Notes: generated from the sequence alone by a model not told the origin. A stretch of 64,000 nucleotides of DNA from Macrostomum lignano (GCA_002269645.1 NIVC01000297.1:372001-436000), one strand, 5' to 3'; positions 48,380 to 61,077 are shown, counted from the stretch's first letter. Numbers and translations are program-made.

Positions 48380-48477
48380 CTTTAGTAGTAACTCTTTGGA
48401 AATAGTTGAACAAGCATTTCAGCTTTTCAATTCGACGGGGGCAACCTGCACCGGCTTGACCTCCGGATGAGAACAGG
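48380..48477 (-). CDS. PARG: PARG exon 2
   Basis: tttcag|..LFSSGGQAGAGCPRRIEKLKCLFNYFQRVTTK G|gtaatt; phase 2/1. Confidence 0.85.
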
Positions 48478-48649
48478 CTGAAAATTAGTAGTACATCAGA
48501 AGGTGCTAATTTATCGTAAACTGACAGAATGCTTTACATAATCCACTTCCATCTTATAACTCTCGAATGGTAAAATATCTACTCTTAACACTAAACCTTA
48601 AGGTTTGTGAGGGATTTCAAACCCTCAGTCGCTAACCCTAACCCTAATC

Positions 48650-49142
48650 CTTCGCCCCAGTCCCTAATCCTTCACCCTCAGTCTCTAATCCTTCACCCTC
48701 AGTCTCTAATCCTTCACCCTCAGTCTCTAATCATTCACCCTCAGTCTCTAATCCTTCACCCTCAGTCTCTAATCCTTCACCCTCAGTCCCTAATCCTTCA
48801 CCCTCAGTCTCTAATCCTTCACTCTCAGTCCCTAATCCTTAACTCTCAGTCTCTAATCCTTTACTCTCAGTCTCTAATCCTTCACTCTCAGTCTCTAATC
48901 CTTCACCCTCAATCCCTAATCCTTCACCCTCAGTCTCTAATCCTTCACCCTCAATCCCTAATCCTTCACCCTCAGTCTCTAATCCTTCACCCACCCTCAG
49001 TCCCTAATCCTTCACTCTCAGTCCCTAATCCTTCACCCTCAGTCTCTAATCCTTCACCCTCAGTCTCTAATCCTTCACCCTCAGTCTCTAATCATTCACC
49101 CTCAGTCCCTAATCCTTCACCCTCAGTCTCTAATCCTTCACC
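48650..49142. repeat. 21-bp minisatellite in PARG intron 1
   Basis: (aatccttcaccctcagtctct)n. Confidence 0.95.
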
Positions 49143-49179
49143 CAAAAAAGTAAACAAAAGCCAATATACTCCAACTCAC

Positions 49180-50186
49180 GTGCTAAAATGTATGGTAGGG
49201 AAGTTGGCGTATTCCCTGTTAGCAAAGCTTCGCCTAGGAAATGTGCTAAAAAATGCGTTAGCCAATAAGCTGGCCACCTGTAGCTGACTGAGCGTCACCT
49301 TGAGCTGATAGCCGCACCTCAGCAGAGGCGGAGGCGTAGTAACCAGATGCGGCAGAGCCAAGGCCAGCCTCACCATACCAGGCAAGACACGGTTGAGAAA
49401 GTGCCGCATCTCTCCCCTACCCAACTCCTCAGTTAGCAGACAATTGAGACTATCCAAGCACAAGCTAGACTGCCTACGCCCGCTGCACACGTTCAACACA
49501 GTGGCCAAATCGTCTATACCAATGGATCTTGCTGACTTGAGTTGATTCAAACTGTGCTCAATAGCCGACCATCGACTGGCATTACGGGGAGAGCAGGGCA
49601 TTCTAACATGGCCGGAGTCCCATCTGTCAGAGAACTCAGTTGGCCAAGGCTGTGGCGGCTGGCTGGATCTTGCCTGCTCGTAGAAATTGTCGATTCTAAA
49701 TAGTACAGAGTGTCCTGCTCTAGGAGGGCAGCTGAAGGGCAGCCGGGCAAGATTCGGCTCAGGCCTCAAAGCCTCGAGCTGGCGACGCCAGTCGCGACAA
49801 CTGGATGTCGAGGCGACCGTCGATGAGCTGACGGCTCCGCCAGTAAGAAAATGCTGCAACCGCTGCGACTCCTCGTCATTGTCGTCGGTTTCTGTTTCTT
49901 CTGCTTCTTCCTCCGCAATCGGCTCTGTAGCGGAGCTTGTAACACTGTCGTCTGTTGGGACTCTCTTGACCTGGCTCTGCTGCTGTTCTGGATCTGCTGA
50001 AGCAACAGGATCAGTGTCCGATCGATTCAGCGAAGCCGGCGGTGGATTGCTAGACTCGCCAGCTTTTCTCGGGCTCCGACGCGTCGGTGGCGTTTGCTGA
50101 GAAGCCCGATGCTTGCGTTTTGTTGCTGCTTCTAGGGGAGACACGTCGGGTTGCTCCGGCTCTTGCTGAATCTTCCTACGCTTCAT
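49180..50186 (-). CDS. PARG: Poly(ADP-ribose) glycohydrolase, exon 1
   Basis: MKRRKIQ (NLS-like) and a disordered N-terminus; WDSGHVRMPCS, LPHLVTTPPPLL, QVASLLANAFFSTFP; donor AGCAC|gtgagt. Confidence 0.9.
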
Positions 50187-51371
50187 TGGCGCTTTTTAAA
50201 AAGTTGAACTCAATAATCTAGTCGCGTAACTACATCGATGTTTACTTAATACGTAGCTGTGGATAAAGCATGCAATTAAAAGTATACAAAATGACTCTGT
50301 TTCAAGTTATTTACGATACATATCGGCAAAAGCTGGAGTTAAAGTTGGAACTAGTAAACTTTTATGAGTTTATTGTAGATTTAAGATTCGTACCAATTTA
50401 AACTATCAAAAATTTTTTGCGCATTACTGTCTACTTACAACCAGTAGTAAAATAACCCTTCTAACTTACTATGTATAAATATAATTTTAAATAACTTTTC
50501 AAAGTTATTGAAAACATTTGCAGTGCACAACTAAACCTTATCTTACTTGGAAACAAAAATATTTAAAAAATAATTAGAAGTTAAGAAACTTTTGATAAAA
50601 TTTTTATTACTAATACACCCAGACCACTTTGCTTGCAGCCAATTATTCTATTAGATGATTTTTCATTGAAAATACATGATTTTACTACTATAAGTAGCCA
50701 AGAGTAGCTAGTTTTGAAAAAAATTGACAAACAGAAAACTATGTCTATCAGTTTTATATAAAGCGAATAATCATAATCTCTTCTAGATTGCATATTTAAA
50801 GTCTTCGATTTAGACACGAAGCTTAATACTTGACTTGAGCAATGAGAACATATAACAGCGTATTAAAATCGGAACTTTAACTAATCGAATTAAATCGGGC
50901 GCAAAAACAATTCGACAAAATTTTTTATTACAGTATTATGTCAGCGGTAAATAGAATCCATTTACTTGCAAACTAGCTAGCATGCAAATTGAAGCATTAA
51001 AAATACCAGAAATTATCCATGTAAGCACCTGGCACATAAGAGACAGTGGATTACTGCAGGTCGTAAGGCATGTCTGGAGACAATCCCGTTACCTCTTTGT
51101 TTTTTTTTACTTTGTATACATGTAGGGAAACGTGTGAGCCAACCTCGGGTAAAACCACAGATGCTAGAATAACTAGATTTGTCACTTGCGTTTGATGTCG
51201 TGAAAAAGTCGAGTACCTACTCGTTTCTCAATAGTTTGTCTGCGCAGTGTGATATAAATTTAACGTGGCAGCAAAAACTTCCCTTAATCTTCGGGGTTTG
51301 CGGCCTCAGGAGCATATGGGGTTAAAATGAACAACAACCATTAACTCAATGTACACAAGTGAACGCAAGAT

Positions 51372-51510
51372 GGACGAAACTCAGCCTAGGGGGCCGGCCC
51401 AATCTAGCTCAGCCAATGAGAGAGCAGTAAGGGGAGAGATAAAGTCAGACGGACGAAACTCAGCCTAGGGGCAGGCCCAATCTAGCTCAGCCAATGAGAG
51501 AACAGTAAAG
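51372..51510. repeat. Direct duplication of about 79 bp
   Basis: ggacgaaactcagcctaggg..cccaatctagctcagccaatgagag, two copies. Confidence 0.85.
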
Positions 51511-51880
51511 AGAGAGGCCAGTGAGATAGACACGAGCAGGCAAGAGGAAAGCCAAACTGTTTATCGGCCTAGCTGGGGGCTGGGGAGCTACCCCTTTTCT
51601 CTCTTGCTTGCTATGTACACGAACTGAATTTGATTTTTTTAGTTTTCCTGCAATCTTCCATCTTAAATTAGGTTTTTAATTTCATGACTACAAAAGCAAA
51701 AAACGCTAATTTGCTTCTGAAAAAGAGTAGATGAGCGCATTGTTTGCGAGTGACGTGTCCTAATTATTCGTGACCATCTGTGGATAAAAAATTTAAAGCA
51801 CATGTTAGACTGACGGATTTGCAATTGGAAAGTTTATTTATCGTCATTATATTCTGTAGTTAAACAATCCAAGCTCTCAC

Positions 51881-52309
51881 TCAGTGCAGCCACTGCCTAT
51901 AATGTTCTGGCACCGCCGTTAGCAAATTTTTCGATTCCAAAAACTTTCTACTAAATAATTTAGCGTAGTAGCGCTGGCCTAGGTCGCACAGGCAGGTGAC
52001 AATTACGTGACCAGGCCCCATCTGGCGGGCGGCCTGCACGGCGCCGGCTACGTTAATGCCGGACGAGGCGCCAACAAAGAAGCCCTCCTCGTGCAGCAGG
52101 CGAAACGTGTGCTCAACCGCCATTGCGTCGGTTATGTGCAGCGCGTGATCCACAGGTGCGCCAGACAGGTTCTGCGTCACCCGGCCCTGCCCGATGCCCT
52201 CAGTGATGGAGCCGTCGCCTTGGCGTTTCAACTCGCCATTGGTGAAATAGTTGTACAGTACGCTGCCCTCAGGGTCCAGCAGGAAGGTGCGCACGTCCGG
52301 GTTGCGCTC
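51881..52309 (-). CDS. cysK: Cysteine synthase (CysK/OAS-sulfhydrylase family), exon 3
   Basis: cag|ERNPDV..SITEGIGQGRVT..EEGFFVGASSGINVAGA..GPGHVIVTCLCDLGQRY..WLH*. Confidence 0.9.
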   Translation of the reverse strand, partial: ERNPDVRTFLLDPEGSVLYNYFTNGELKRQGDGSITEGIGQGRVTQNLSGAPVDHALHITDAMAVEHTFRLLHEEGFFVGASSGINVAGAVQAARQMGPGHVIVTCLCDLGQRYYAKLFSRKFLESKNLLTAVPEHYRQWLH

Positions 52310-52374
52310 CTGGGGGTTCCGGGGGATGAAGATAACAATTTCAATTATTCTCTGTATCACCCTCTCTCTTGTTC

Positions 52375-53030
52375 TATGTATCTCCCTCTCCCCCAGTCTG
52401 TATCACCTTCTTCCCTGTTCTCTGTATCTCCCTCTTCCCTGTTCTCTGTATCTCCCTCTCCCCCAGTCTATATCTCCCTCTCCCCCGGTCTGTGTCTTCC
52501 TTTCCTCCGGTCTGTATCTCCCTCTCCCCAGTCCGTATCGCCCTCTCCCTCGGTCTGTATCTTCCTCTCCCTCTCTCCGGTCCGGTCTGTATCTCCCTCT
52601 CCTGTCTGTATCTCCCTCTCTCCTGGTCTGTATCTCCCTCTCCTCCAGTCTGTATCTCCCTCTCCTCCAGTCCGTATCGCCCTCTCCCTCGGTCTGTATC
52701 TTCCTCTCCCTTACTCTCTGTATCTCCCTCTCCCCGGTCCGGTCTGTATCTCCCTCTCCAGTCTGTATCTCCCTCTTCCTCGGTCTGTATCTCCCTCTCA
52801 TCTGGTCTGTATCTCCCTCTTCCTCGGTTTGTATCTCCCTCTCTGTCTGTATCTCCCTCTCCACAGTCCGTATCGCCCTCTCCCTCGGTCTGTATCTTCC
52901 TCTCCCTCGGTCTGTATCTTCCTCTCCCTTACTCTCTGTATCTCCCTCTCCCCGGTCCGGTCTGTATCTTCCTCTTCCTCGGTCTGTATCTCCCTCTCCC
53001 CTGTCTGTATCCCCTCTCCTATCTGTATAC
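52375..53030. repeat. CT-rich compound repeat in cysteine synthase intron 2
   Basis: (ctgtatctccctctcc) variants. Confidence 0.92.
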
Positions 53031-53327
53031 ACACCAAGCCTTATTCTATTACTCTCAATCCCGTAATGAACGTGTCATCTGGCACTACCTGTAGTCTTTA
53101 TCTATTTTTTATTCAACTGCTTATAAAAACTGTCTGCAAGCTCCTCTAGACCCAAAAAGGGGACACTATAGCTACTCTTATCTTAACCGCTCGGGCTAAG
53201 CAATTTATTAGAGAAAATTCACACCTGTACCAGCCCTTACCCTGAAACTGAAATAACTAGGTCGGCTTATCTAATAAAGATAGGTTAACAGTTTTAGCTA
53301 GCCAACATGTATAACAATATGCCCTAC

Positions 53328-53448
53328 CTTGAGAAAAGTGCCAACACCGGCCAGTGTACCCCCGGTGCCGGTGGCGAAGGCCACAGCGTCAACCCGGCCC
53401 TCGGTCTCCTCCCAGATCTCCGGGCCAGTGGTTTCGTAGTGGGCCAGC
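53328..53448 (-). CDS. cysK: Cysteine synthase, exon 2
   Basis: cgcag|[41 protein letters not shown]|gtaggg; TTGPEIW and GTGGT motifs. Confidence 0.9.
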
Positions 53449-53699
53449 CTGCGCAGAAATTGAGCATAGCGTACTTAGTTGGGTGTTTGGGTAGCTATAT
53501 AGTGAGTAGTTCAAGTACTCGTATATCCAGATTGTAAACCAATATTATATGATTCCTATATGGATCTCTACCTCTTGAGAGTCTTAACCAGACGTAAGAA
53601 TCTCACTCCTTAGTCTGGAATAAAGATTTCATGATAATCTCACCCTTAATTCTAATTAAGCTTAAACCCTAATGAGAATCTAATCTTTAATTCTAATAA

Positions 53700-53970
53700 C
53701 CCTTAAATCCCCACGAGAATCTCAACGCTTAGAGCCTTATCGTCATGAGAATCTCAACACTTAGAGCCTCGTCTTCATGAGAATCTCACCGCTTAGAGCC
53801 TCCTCGACCTCATGAGAATCTCACCACTTAGAGCCTCCTCACTCTCCTGAGAATCTCCCCGCCTAGAGCCTCCTCGACCTCATGAGAATCTCACCACTTA
53901 GAGCCTCCTCACTCTCCTGAGAATCTCACCGCTTAAAGCCTCCTCACCCTTATGAGAATCTCAGCACTGA
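53700..53970. repeat. Degenerate tandem repeat of about 35 bp
   Basis: catgagaatctcaccgcttagagcctcctc.. Confidence 0.85.
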
Positions 53971-54462
53971 AAGTTTCACCTAAAGTCTCAAATTCAAGAA
54001 CTAAAGATAGGCATGCGCAGCGCCCTTTAAGTCTTATATATATATTTCTAATAATAAATTTTTACTCATGATACGCTCCTATCTCGTAAACCAAGCCAAT
54101 AACCCAAGGGTGCCTGTTGGACTTTAATCACACTTTAACTTAAGTTCAACCGAACAAACGCACAACTAACGTTTCAAGAAAGCAAAAAATTCTGCCTGTG
54201 ATAAGGCACAACTGTAAAAATACACTATACTATATAATTGATAACAGATTCTCAACAGTTGGAAAAATGATTGCATGAGACTAGTCTAAGAGCCCAACAC
54301 GCAGTGGTAGAGTGCTATGATTAAAAAGTAGCGAACAAATATGATGTACACGCTAACATGTACATGTATGCACAATGCACATAACTGCCCCGACTCGTAG
54401 TTACAAGGTGTATCAGACGCTTTGCTCAGACGGAGCAAAACTAACAGCAATTCTAAATTGAT

Positions 54463-55612
54463 CTGTGATCTGGCATCTCATTCCCCGTGTTTTGTAACTT
54501 CCTGATCTCCTCAGTAGCTTCCGAGATCTGCGATCTGGCATCTCATTCCCCGTGTTCTGTAACTTCCGGATCTCCTCAGTAGCTTCCGAGATCTGCGATC
54601 TGGCATCTCATTCCCTATGTTTTGTAACTTCCGGATCTCCTCAGTAGCATCCGGGATCTGTGATCTGGCATCTCATTCCCCGTGTTCTGTAACTTCCGGA
54701 TCTCCTCAGTAGCTTCCGAGATCTGCGATCTGGCATCTCATTCCCTATGTTTTGTAACTTCCGGATCTCCTCAGTAGCTTCCGAGATCTGCGATCTGGTA
54801 TCTCATTCCCTATGTTTTGTAACTTCCGGATCTCCTCAGTAGCTTCCGGGATCTGCGATCTGGCATCTCATTCCCTATGTTTTGTAACTTCCGGATCTCC
54901 TCAGTAGCATCCGGGATCTGTGATCTGGCATCTCATTCCCCGTGTTCTGTAACTTCCGGATCTCCTCAGTAGCTTCCGAGATCTGCGATCTGGTATCTCA
55001 TTCCCTGTGTTGTGTAACTTCCGGATCTCCTCAGTAGCTTCCGAGATCTGCGATCTGGTATCTCATTCCCTATGTTTTGTAACTTCCGGATCTCCTCAGT
55101 AGCTTCCGGGATCTGTGATCTGGCATCTCATTCCCTGTGTTTTGTGACTTCCGGATCTCTTCAGCAGCTTCCCGGATCTGCGATATGGCATCTCATTCCC
55201 TGTGTTGTGTAACTTCCGGATCTCCTCAGTAGCTTCCTGGATCTGTGATCTGGCATCTCATTCCCTGTGTTTTGTAACTTCCGGATCTCCTCAGTAGCAT
55301 CCGGGATCTGTGATCTGGCATCTCATTCCCTGTGTTTTGTAACTTCCGGATCTCCTCAGTAGCATCCGGGATCTGCGATCTGGCATCTCATTCCCTGTCT
55401 TTTGTAACTTCCGGATCTCCTCAGTAGCATCCGGGATCTGTGATCTGGCATCTCATTCCCTGTGTTTTGTTACTTCTGGATCTCTTCAGTAGCTTCCCGG
55501 ATCTGCGATCTGGAATCTATTTCCCTGTGTTTTGTGACTTCCGGATCTCCCCAGTAGCATCCGGGATCTGCGATCTGGCATCTCATTCCCTGTGTTTTGT
55601 AACTTCCAGGTC
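54463..55612. repeat. 65-bp minisatellite in cysteine synthase intron 1
   Basis: gatctgcgatctggcatctcattccctgtgttttgtaacttccggatctcctcagtagcatccgg. Confidence 0.95.
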
Positions 55613-55742
55613 CCAGTATTATCTAAGAATTCCTCCCGTTGACTGTGTCTGGATAAAGAACTGGTTAGCTAGCCCACATATGGCTACACAACGTATGTCC
55701 ACGAGTTGGATCTGCAAATACTTATCACGCATATGGTCTCAC

Positions 55743-56218
55743 CTATTAGCGGTATTATCAAACTGATTAGTCCACACGGAGTTCTCCAATTCTTCGGCAA
55801 ATCGTTTCGCTTGATGATTATAATTGTTAGGATCGGTGTAGGCAACGGCCGGTACGGGATACACTGTGGCGCTTAATACTCTTAACAAGTCGATTTTCTC
55901 TTTAGACTGAGTTTCAGGCATAAATATGACGCATTTATACCCAAGCGCGTTGCACAGGTGAGCCAAACCGATACCGGTATTACCGGCGGTGCCTTCAACC
56001 ACGGTGCCGCCAGGTTTCAATTGGCCGCGCTTCACCGCATCGGCAATCAGGTACAAAGCGGCCCGGTCTTTCACCGAGCCGCCAGCGTTGGCGTACTCGG
56101 CTTTGGCAAGGATTTCGCAGCCGGTAGCTTCGCTAACCCGACCCAATCTGATCATAGGCGTGCGCCCTACAGCGCCGCGAAGGCCCTGACGAATCAGACT
56201 GTTAGCCAGAGTGGACAT
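55743..56218 (-). CDS. cysK: Cysteine synthase, exon 1
   Basis: [22 protein letters not shown] (PLP lysine), [19 protein letters not shown]; donor AATAG|gtgaga. Spliced CDS is 1026 nt = 341 aa. Confidence 0.92.
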
Positions 56219-56818
56219 GCTATTTATATATTGATTACTTCAACTTTTGTTTATCCAGTCGCAGTTCGGTGTAAAGTCGATAGTAGGTTCACTGAAAAAA
56301 TCAGGATGTCATTGATCTGTAGTAGGTTGCATAATGGATGTTTCATTTTGGATAATGATCTTTTATCAAATAGCTAAATGACTTATAAATTAATTTTCAT
56401 CGTTTCACCTGGACAGAAAGCACAAAATAGAGTCAAATGACTTGTTGGCATGCTGCAACAGAAAGAACAACAGGGTTTGTAACCCACGGCAGTGTTACGT
56501 TAGTTTATACTTTGCCACTAAATATTATAGTTCAGTCGATAGGATTTTGCAAACTTGTTTACGTGACTAATGACCCGGCTCAGTTCTGTGGAGGGATAGA
56601 GTTGCAGCATTATAAAGCAACAAATAGCCATTTTTGACAGAATATAATTAAGCGGTCAACAAGACAGACAGGATCGTACGTTTTATATATTGTACAGTTA
56701 ATAAATAAAAACGTTATAAGCGTTCAGTGCTTAAGTGCGTTCAGCGTTTTCTGAATTCAATAGTTAACAGACGATGTTAAATTATAACCACCACGTGGGT
56801 GAAGTGTGAAGACAGCTC

Positions 56819-57817
56819 TTATCGTCCACGCCCGACGCGACCCCGACCCCGAACTGGATGAGTGACCAGACGCGGCCGAGCTACTGGCACGGACGGCACG
56901 CAGCCCAAGGCCTCGGTGCGGCCAGAAAAACCGTCCAGTTCGAGAAGCAGTGGCGGCGACAGAGGGCGACAGCGCTGCAGCTTCTGGCATCGACTGCTGC
57001 CACGCAGCTGACGCAACGACGGCGTCAATGTCTCTGAGCGCGTCGGAACAGCGCTCGGATGCAGACCTTTAATCGGACCAAAATAGTAGTCGCAGGACCG
57101 CTGGGGACCAGGCGAAAGATTGACACGAAAATCGCACTCGTAATTGTAGCACGATTTTGCTTTCTTTTTATTAGCCTTTCTAGCGCTATTGGTATTGGCT
57201 GTTGCACTGAATAGGCTGGATATTGTTGAACTGGTCAGTACAGACGGCGTCTCAACTCGAACTACGCGCTGGCTATGGCTGTCTTGATTCTTTTTTTGAT
57301 TTCCAAACTGCCAATTGTTGCAGTAGTTTTTCTGCTGCAGCTCTTCGATATTTGACTGGCTTTGCTTCGTTTGAGACCGCGAAATCTCGACAGATTCCGG
57401 CAGTTCAAACGCGATGGGATCTCTGACCAAAGATCGGACAGCATCGGCGCTCGGGTACAGCTCAAGATCGTCCTCAAAGTGAGTCAGCAGCTTACCAAAG
57501 CTAGAGAACAGACGGCAAGTGAGGCTAATATTGGCTGTTCCTGTCGGCAATAAAGTAATGAGATCACCGGCCAAGCTCACGGGGCCGGCAAGACAGGCGT
57601 CACCTTGTGGTCCCGGAGACATACCAGGACAATCGCCATTCGCTGCAACGCCGGTGATGACACTCCTCGATTTCACAGACGGCGATGTAGACTCTTCCTG
57701 GCCAAGAGCCGTAGCTAGACGCTCTGCGCTGTCTGTATGCACTGCTGCGCCGGCTTCGGACCTCTCAGCAGCGGTGCCAGTTCGACTGCCGAGCATGCAG
57801 TTCAAGTGACGCAGCAT
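56819..57817 (-). CDS. Hypothetical protein (332 aa), no recognisable domain
   Basis: About 1-kb non-repetitive, GC-rich open frame in AT-rich surroundings. Confidence 0.5.
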   Translation of the reverse strand: MLRHLNCMLGSRTGTAAERSEAGAAVHTDSAERLATALGQEESTSPSVKSRSVITGVAANGDCPGMSPGPQGDACLAGPVSLAGDLITLLPTGTANISLTCRLFSSFGKLLTHFEDDLELYPSADAVRSLVRDPIAFELPESVEISRSQTKQSQSNIEELQQKNYCNNWQFGNQKKNQDSHSQRVVRVETPSVLTSSTISSLFSATANTNSARKANKKKAKSCYNYECDFRVNLSPGPQRSCDYYFGPIKGLHPSAVPTRSETLTPSLRQLRGSSRCQKLQRCRPLSPPLLLELDGFSGRTEALGCVPSVPVARPRLVTHPVRGRGRVGRGR

Positions 57818-58695
57818 GATGCGCTAACGTATTGATGCACTTAAACCAGCGGCTATTTATATAGCTGTTGCCATTTATTTAGACCATTATGCGGTATTAT
57901 TTTGCACGCTCGCAATATTAATTTGTAGTTTATACAATCTAATAGAGACGTTAATACGACAATAGCCTAAGTTAGTGGCTTCTAAAAGGATTGTCTATGG
58001 CAACTCTGTGAGCTCGTCATCTACTAAGAGTAATTAACGTACTCGTACTTATTAGATTTCATGGACTTCTTCAAGTTTATGTTGATAAAATACTTCTGAT
58101 TTTCCGATTTTTCTGAAACTTGCAGTGGACACTTATGGGGCACCAAAAATTTCAAAAATGCAAAAAAACTGTAGAAAGTTACCTGTACGGTTGATGCAAT
58201 CACGATTTACTCGATTCCCTATTCTCTTAATGAGGTTCGGTAAGCAAAAGTTTCTCCGAATACATTTTTGAAAGTGTATCCACTAGACTTTTAATATAAT
58301 AGCACATGTGCTAGAACTTCATTAGGCCAATTAAAGATAAATATTAAAATCTAAAAATTAATATGCAATTGTCTTTTACGTTCGATGATAATAGTTTTTC
58401 AATTTAGTTATAATGCATAGACACTGTTTGCTTTTTTTTAAATTGCCACGTCACGACCCGCTTGATCTGTGCACTTGCACTTTCACTGCACCCAGCCAAA
58501 GCTACGTTTGCAACTTCAAAGCACTTCGCACCTCTCAACCAATTACTGTACAAGGCTATACTACTAATTATATTGTATTATGGCAATAACAGCACCTGAT
58601 TTCGGTAAGCAAATTCATATAGATAAAGTTATAGAATTTAACCAACTTCTGAATCTGAAATATGTTGACTCTTTTCTTGTGTCGTGTGATTCAGA

Positions 58696-58990
58696 CAACC
58701 CCCCCCCCCCTATTAGGATTGGAATTTATCAACAGAATCTTGAATAGGTCTCCATGCCTCTATTCAAGTTTATGTTGATAAAATCAATCCCCATGAAAAA
58801 TCTCCCCACCCTAAACCCTCCCCCATTCCCCATGCCCCAGTCATTGGTTTTAAGCTACAACCCCCCCCCCCTATTAGGATTAGAATTTATAAACACAATC
58901 TTGAATAGGTCTCCATGCCTCTTTTCAAGTTTATGTTGATAAAATCAATCCCCATGAAGAATCTCCCCACCCTAAAACCCCCTATTCCCT
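58696..58990. repeat. Tandem duplication with a period of about 161 bp
   Basis: acaaccccccccccctattaggatt..aatcttgaataggtctccatgcctc.., two copies. Confidence 0.85.
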
Positions 58991-59563
58991 ATGCCCCGGT
59001 GGTTGGTTTTAAGCTACATATAATTGGGTTAAAGCTACCAAAAAATGGAGCTCAAATTTGAAATCAGCACCATCAAAAACCCTTATAGAGACAAAATTAT
59101 GATCTTATCAAAATTGCAACTATTTTATCAACATAAACTTGAAGAAGTCCGATTTCATGCTATTTCATGTTTTGCTTCTTAAATGCTCTAGCTAATTAGT
59201 TTTGCTCTAGCCAATTGAAATTTAAATAATTAGGATCAGATTGAGAAGTAAAGTTGGATATTTTAACATTTATAGTTCCAAAACTTTGCAAAAAATGGCC
59301 ATAGGCAAAATAAAGTTCCACGCTTGTATTTATTCATCGAAAAAACTACCCAACTTTTTTCGTTTGATGACGAAAAAATCAAAATGGCAGAGAGACGAGG
59401 ATCGCTTCTTTGCTTTTTATCTGCCACTCTCTTCTCCCTCTGTTCAGTCTCTGCATCTCCTTTATCAACTTCTCGGTCTCCGTGCGTTTTCTATCTGGTT
59501 TCCGAAAAAATTTCCACCAGTCACTTTGTAACAAAAAATGACAGCAATACGTTCAAAAGTTGG

Positions 59564-60130
59564 TCAAATATTGCTTTCAGAAGCGCCGCCGCTGCTGCTG
59601 CTGCCGGGACAACAGAAGCTGCTGCTGTGACCAAGTTTAAATATATTCGACGACTCGGATTCGTCGCTTAGGATTCCACAGAATCCATTTCTAGGCAACA
59701 TGTCGCCAGAGTGCGACAGGCGACCAGTAGAGGACTGCACGGTGACCTCGGACATTCCTCCTGTAGTAGGCGCTGTAGTAGACGATTGGAACTGCTTTAG
59801 TTTCTCGCCGATGGCCAACTTCAATGGCACTTGAAATTCTTTATCAAGCAGCTGTCTCTTATCGCCGCGACTGGTCTCGAGGCTCATCGACAGGTCCAAG
59901 CTCAGATTGAGATCATTGAGATCATTAATAGATGACACAGCAACAGATGACATATCTCGATATGACAAATTCAAACAAAGATTAGCAATGTTTTCGCTGT
60001 CAGCAGCAGTATCTTTGGTTGATAAACTCTGTTTGGAAGCGGAATCGTTTCTATTAGCAAAGTTGACTTGTTCGCCTGAATCATTGGTCTGATTGAGTAG
60101 ACACACGATACGCTTCAAGTTGTCTGCCAT
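59564..60130 (-). CDS. Hypothetical Ser-rich protein (188 aa)
   Basis: Non-repetitive ORF, good start context (gcaacATGG), GC higher than flanks. Confidence 0.45.
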   Translation of the reverse strand: MADNLKRIVCLLNQTNDSGEQVNFANRNDSASKQSLSTKDTAADSENIANLCLNLSYRDMSSVAVSSINDLNDLNLSLDLSMSLETSRGDKRQLLDKEFQVPLKLAIGEKLKQFQSSTTAPTTGGMSEVTVQSSTGRLSHSGDMLPRNGFCGILSDESESSNIFKLGHSSSFCCPGSSSSGGASESNI

Positions 60131-60666
60131 GTTGCCGCGAGTAAATACTGATTAGCTGTCGATCGGTTTCCACAATTCGCTCTAATTAGTAGTTGTATAT
60201 CTTTTGTGTCTCTTACCATTCATTTACCATAGACTATTTTTGACAAAAGCGATTCTACAAGCAACTAATAAGCATTCCCATGAGATAGCTGCTGCCTTGT
60301 GACGAGTCCATGGTCTTGAAGATGGGCGTTGGCGCCATCAAAGATTACTAGCTGCTCAGTGTCCACAAAATATCCAGTTAACCCCAAAGTTTGACAATTT
60401 TTTTGTGCACATTGACCTGCCTCGATGTGCACCATCCTTGAGTCCTAGCTGTCAAGAGACTCAGTTCGAACTCATCAAGAAAACCCAGGTGTCCACCGTG
60501 TCTTTTCTTTATCAATTAATTGGCTACTTAGATGATAATTCACAGCAAAGAATACAAAAACTGAGATACAAGTTAAGGCAACTGGGGTATATTTTTTAGG
60601 CTCTCATTAAGAAAGTATTTCATACTATATATATACATATACATACTGTTGCTGAGATGATAACTG

Positions 60667-61077
60667 TAGTCATTCATGCCTAACACCCATCTGACCTGTC
60701 TTAACTAGATGGGTGAAATGGCTGCCAGCCAAGGTAAGTTGCAAAATCAAAAATGCAAAAATGAAAGTTTTGGGGAAAAAGAAAGGAGAGGAAGAGAAAG
60801 GGAAAAGAAAGGAGAGAGAAGAGAGAGAGGGAAAAGAGGAGAGAGAAAGAGAAAGAGAAGAAAAGAGTAAAAGACAAGAAAAGTCATATACAAAGTGAAA
60901 ATTAAGTTGCAATTAGGGGAAATAAGTTGCAATTGAGAGGAACTAAGTTGCAATTGAGAGGAACTAAGTTGCAATCAGGAGGAACTAAGTTGCAATTGAG
61001 AGGAACTAAGTCACAAATCTGGACAGAACTAAGTTGTACTGGACAGGTGAAATTTTGAGGTTAGGCATGTATGACTG
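60667..61077. mobile_element. Degenerate MITE with CAGT-type inverted ends
   Basis: tagtcattcatgcctaac vs the reverse complement of gttaggcatgtatgactg (16/18); TA follows the right end. Confidence 0.4.

Noticed and set aside
48630-48650. Telomere-like (CCCTAA)2-3
   Set aside because: Too short; merges into the 21-bp intronic minisatellite.
51881-56218. Bacterial contamination as the source of the cysteine synthase
   Set aside because: The gene has two GT-AG introns filled with the same kind of minisatellites as neighbouring host genes.
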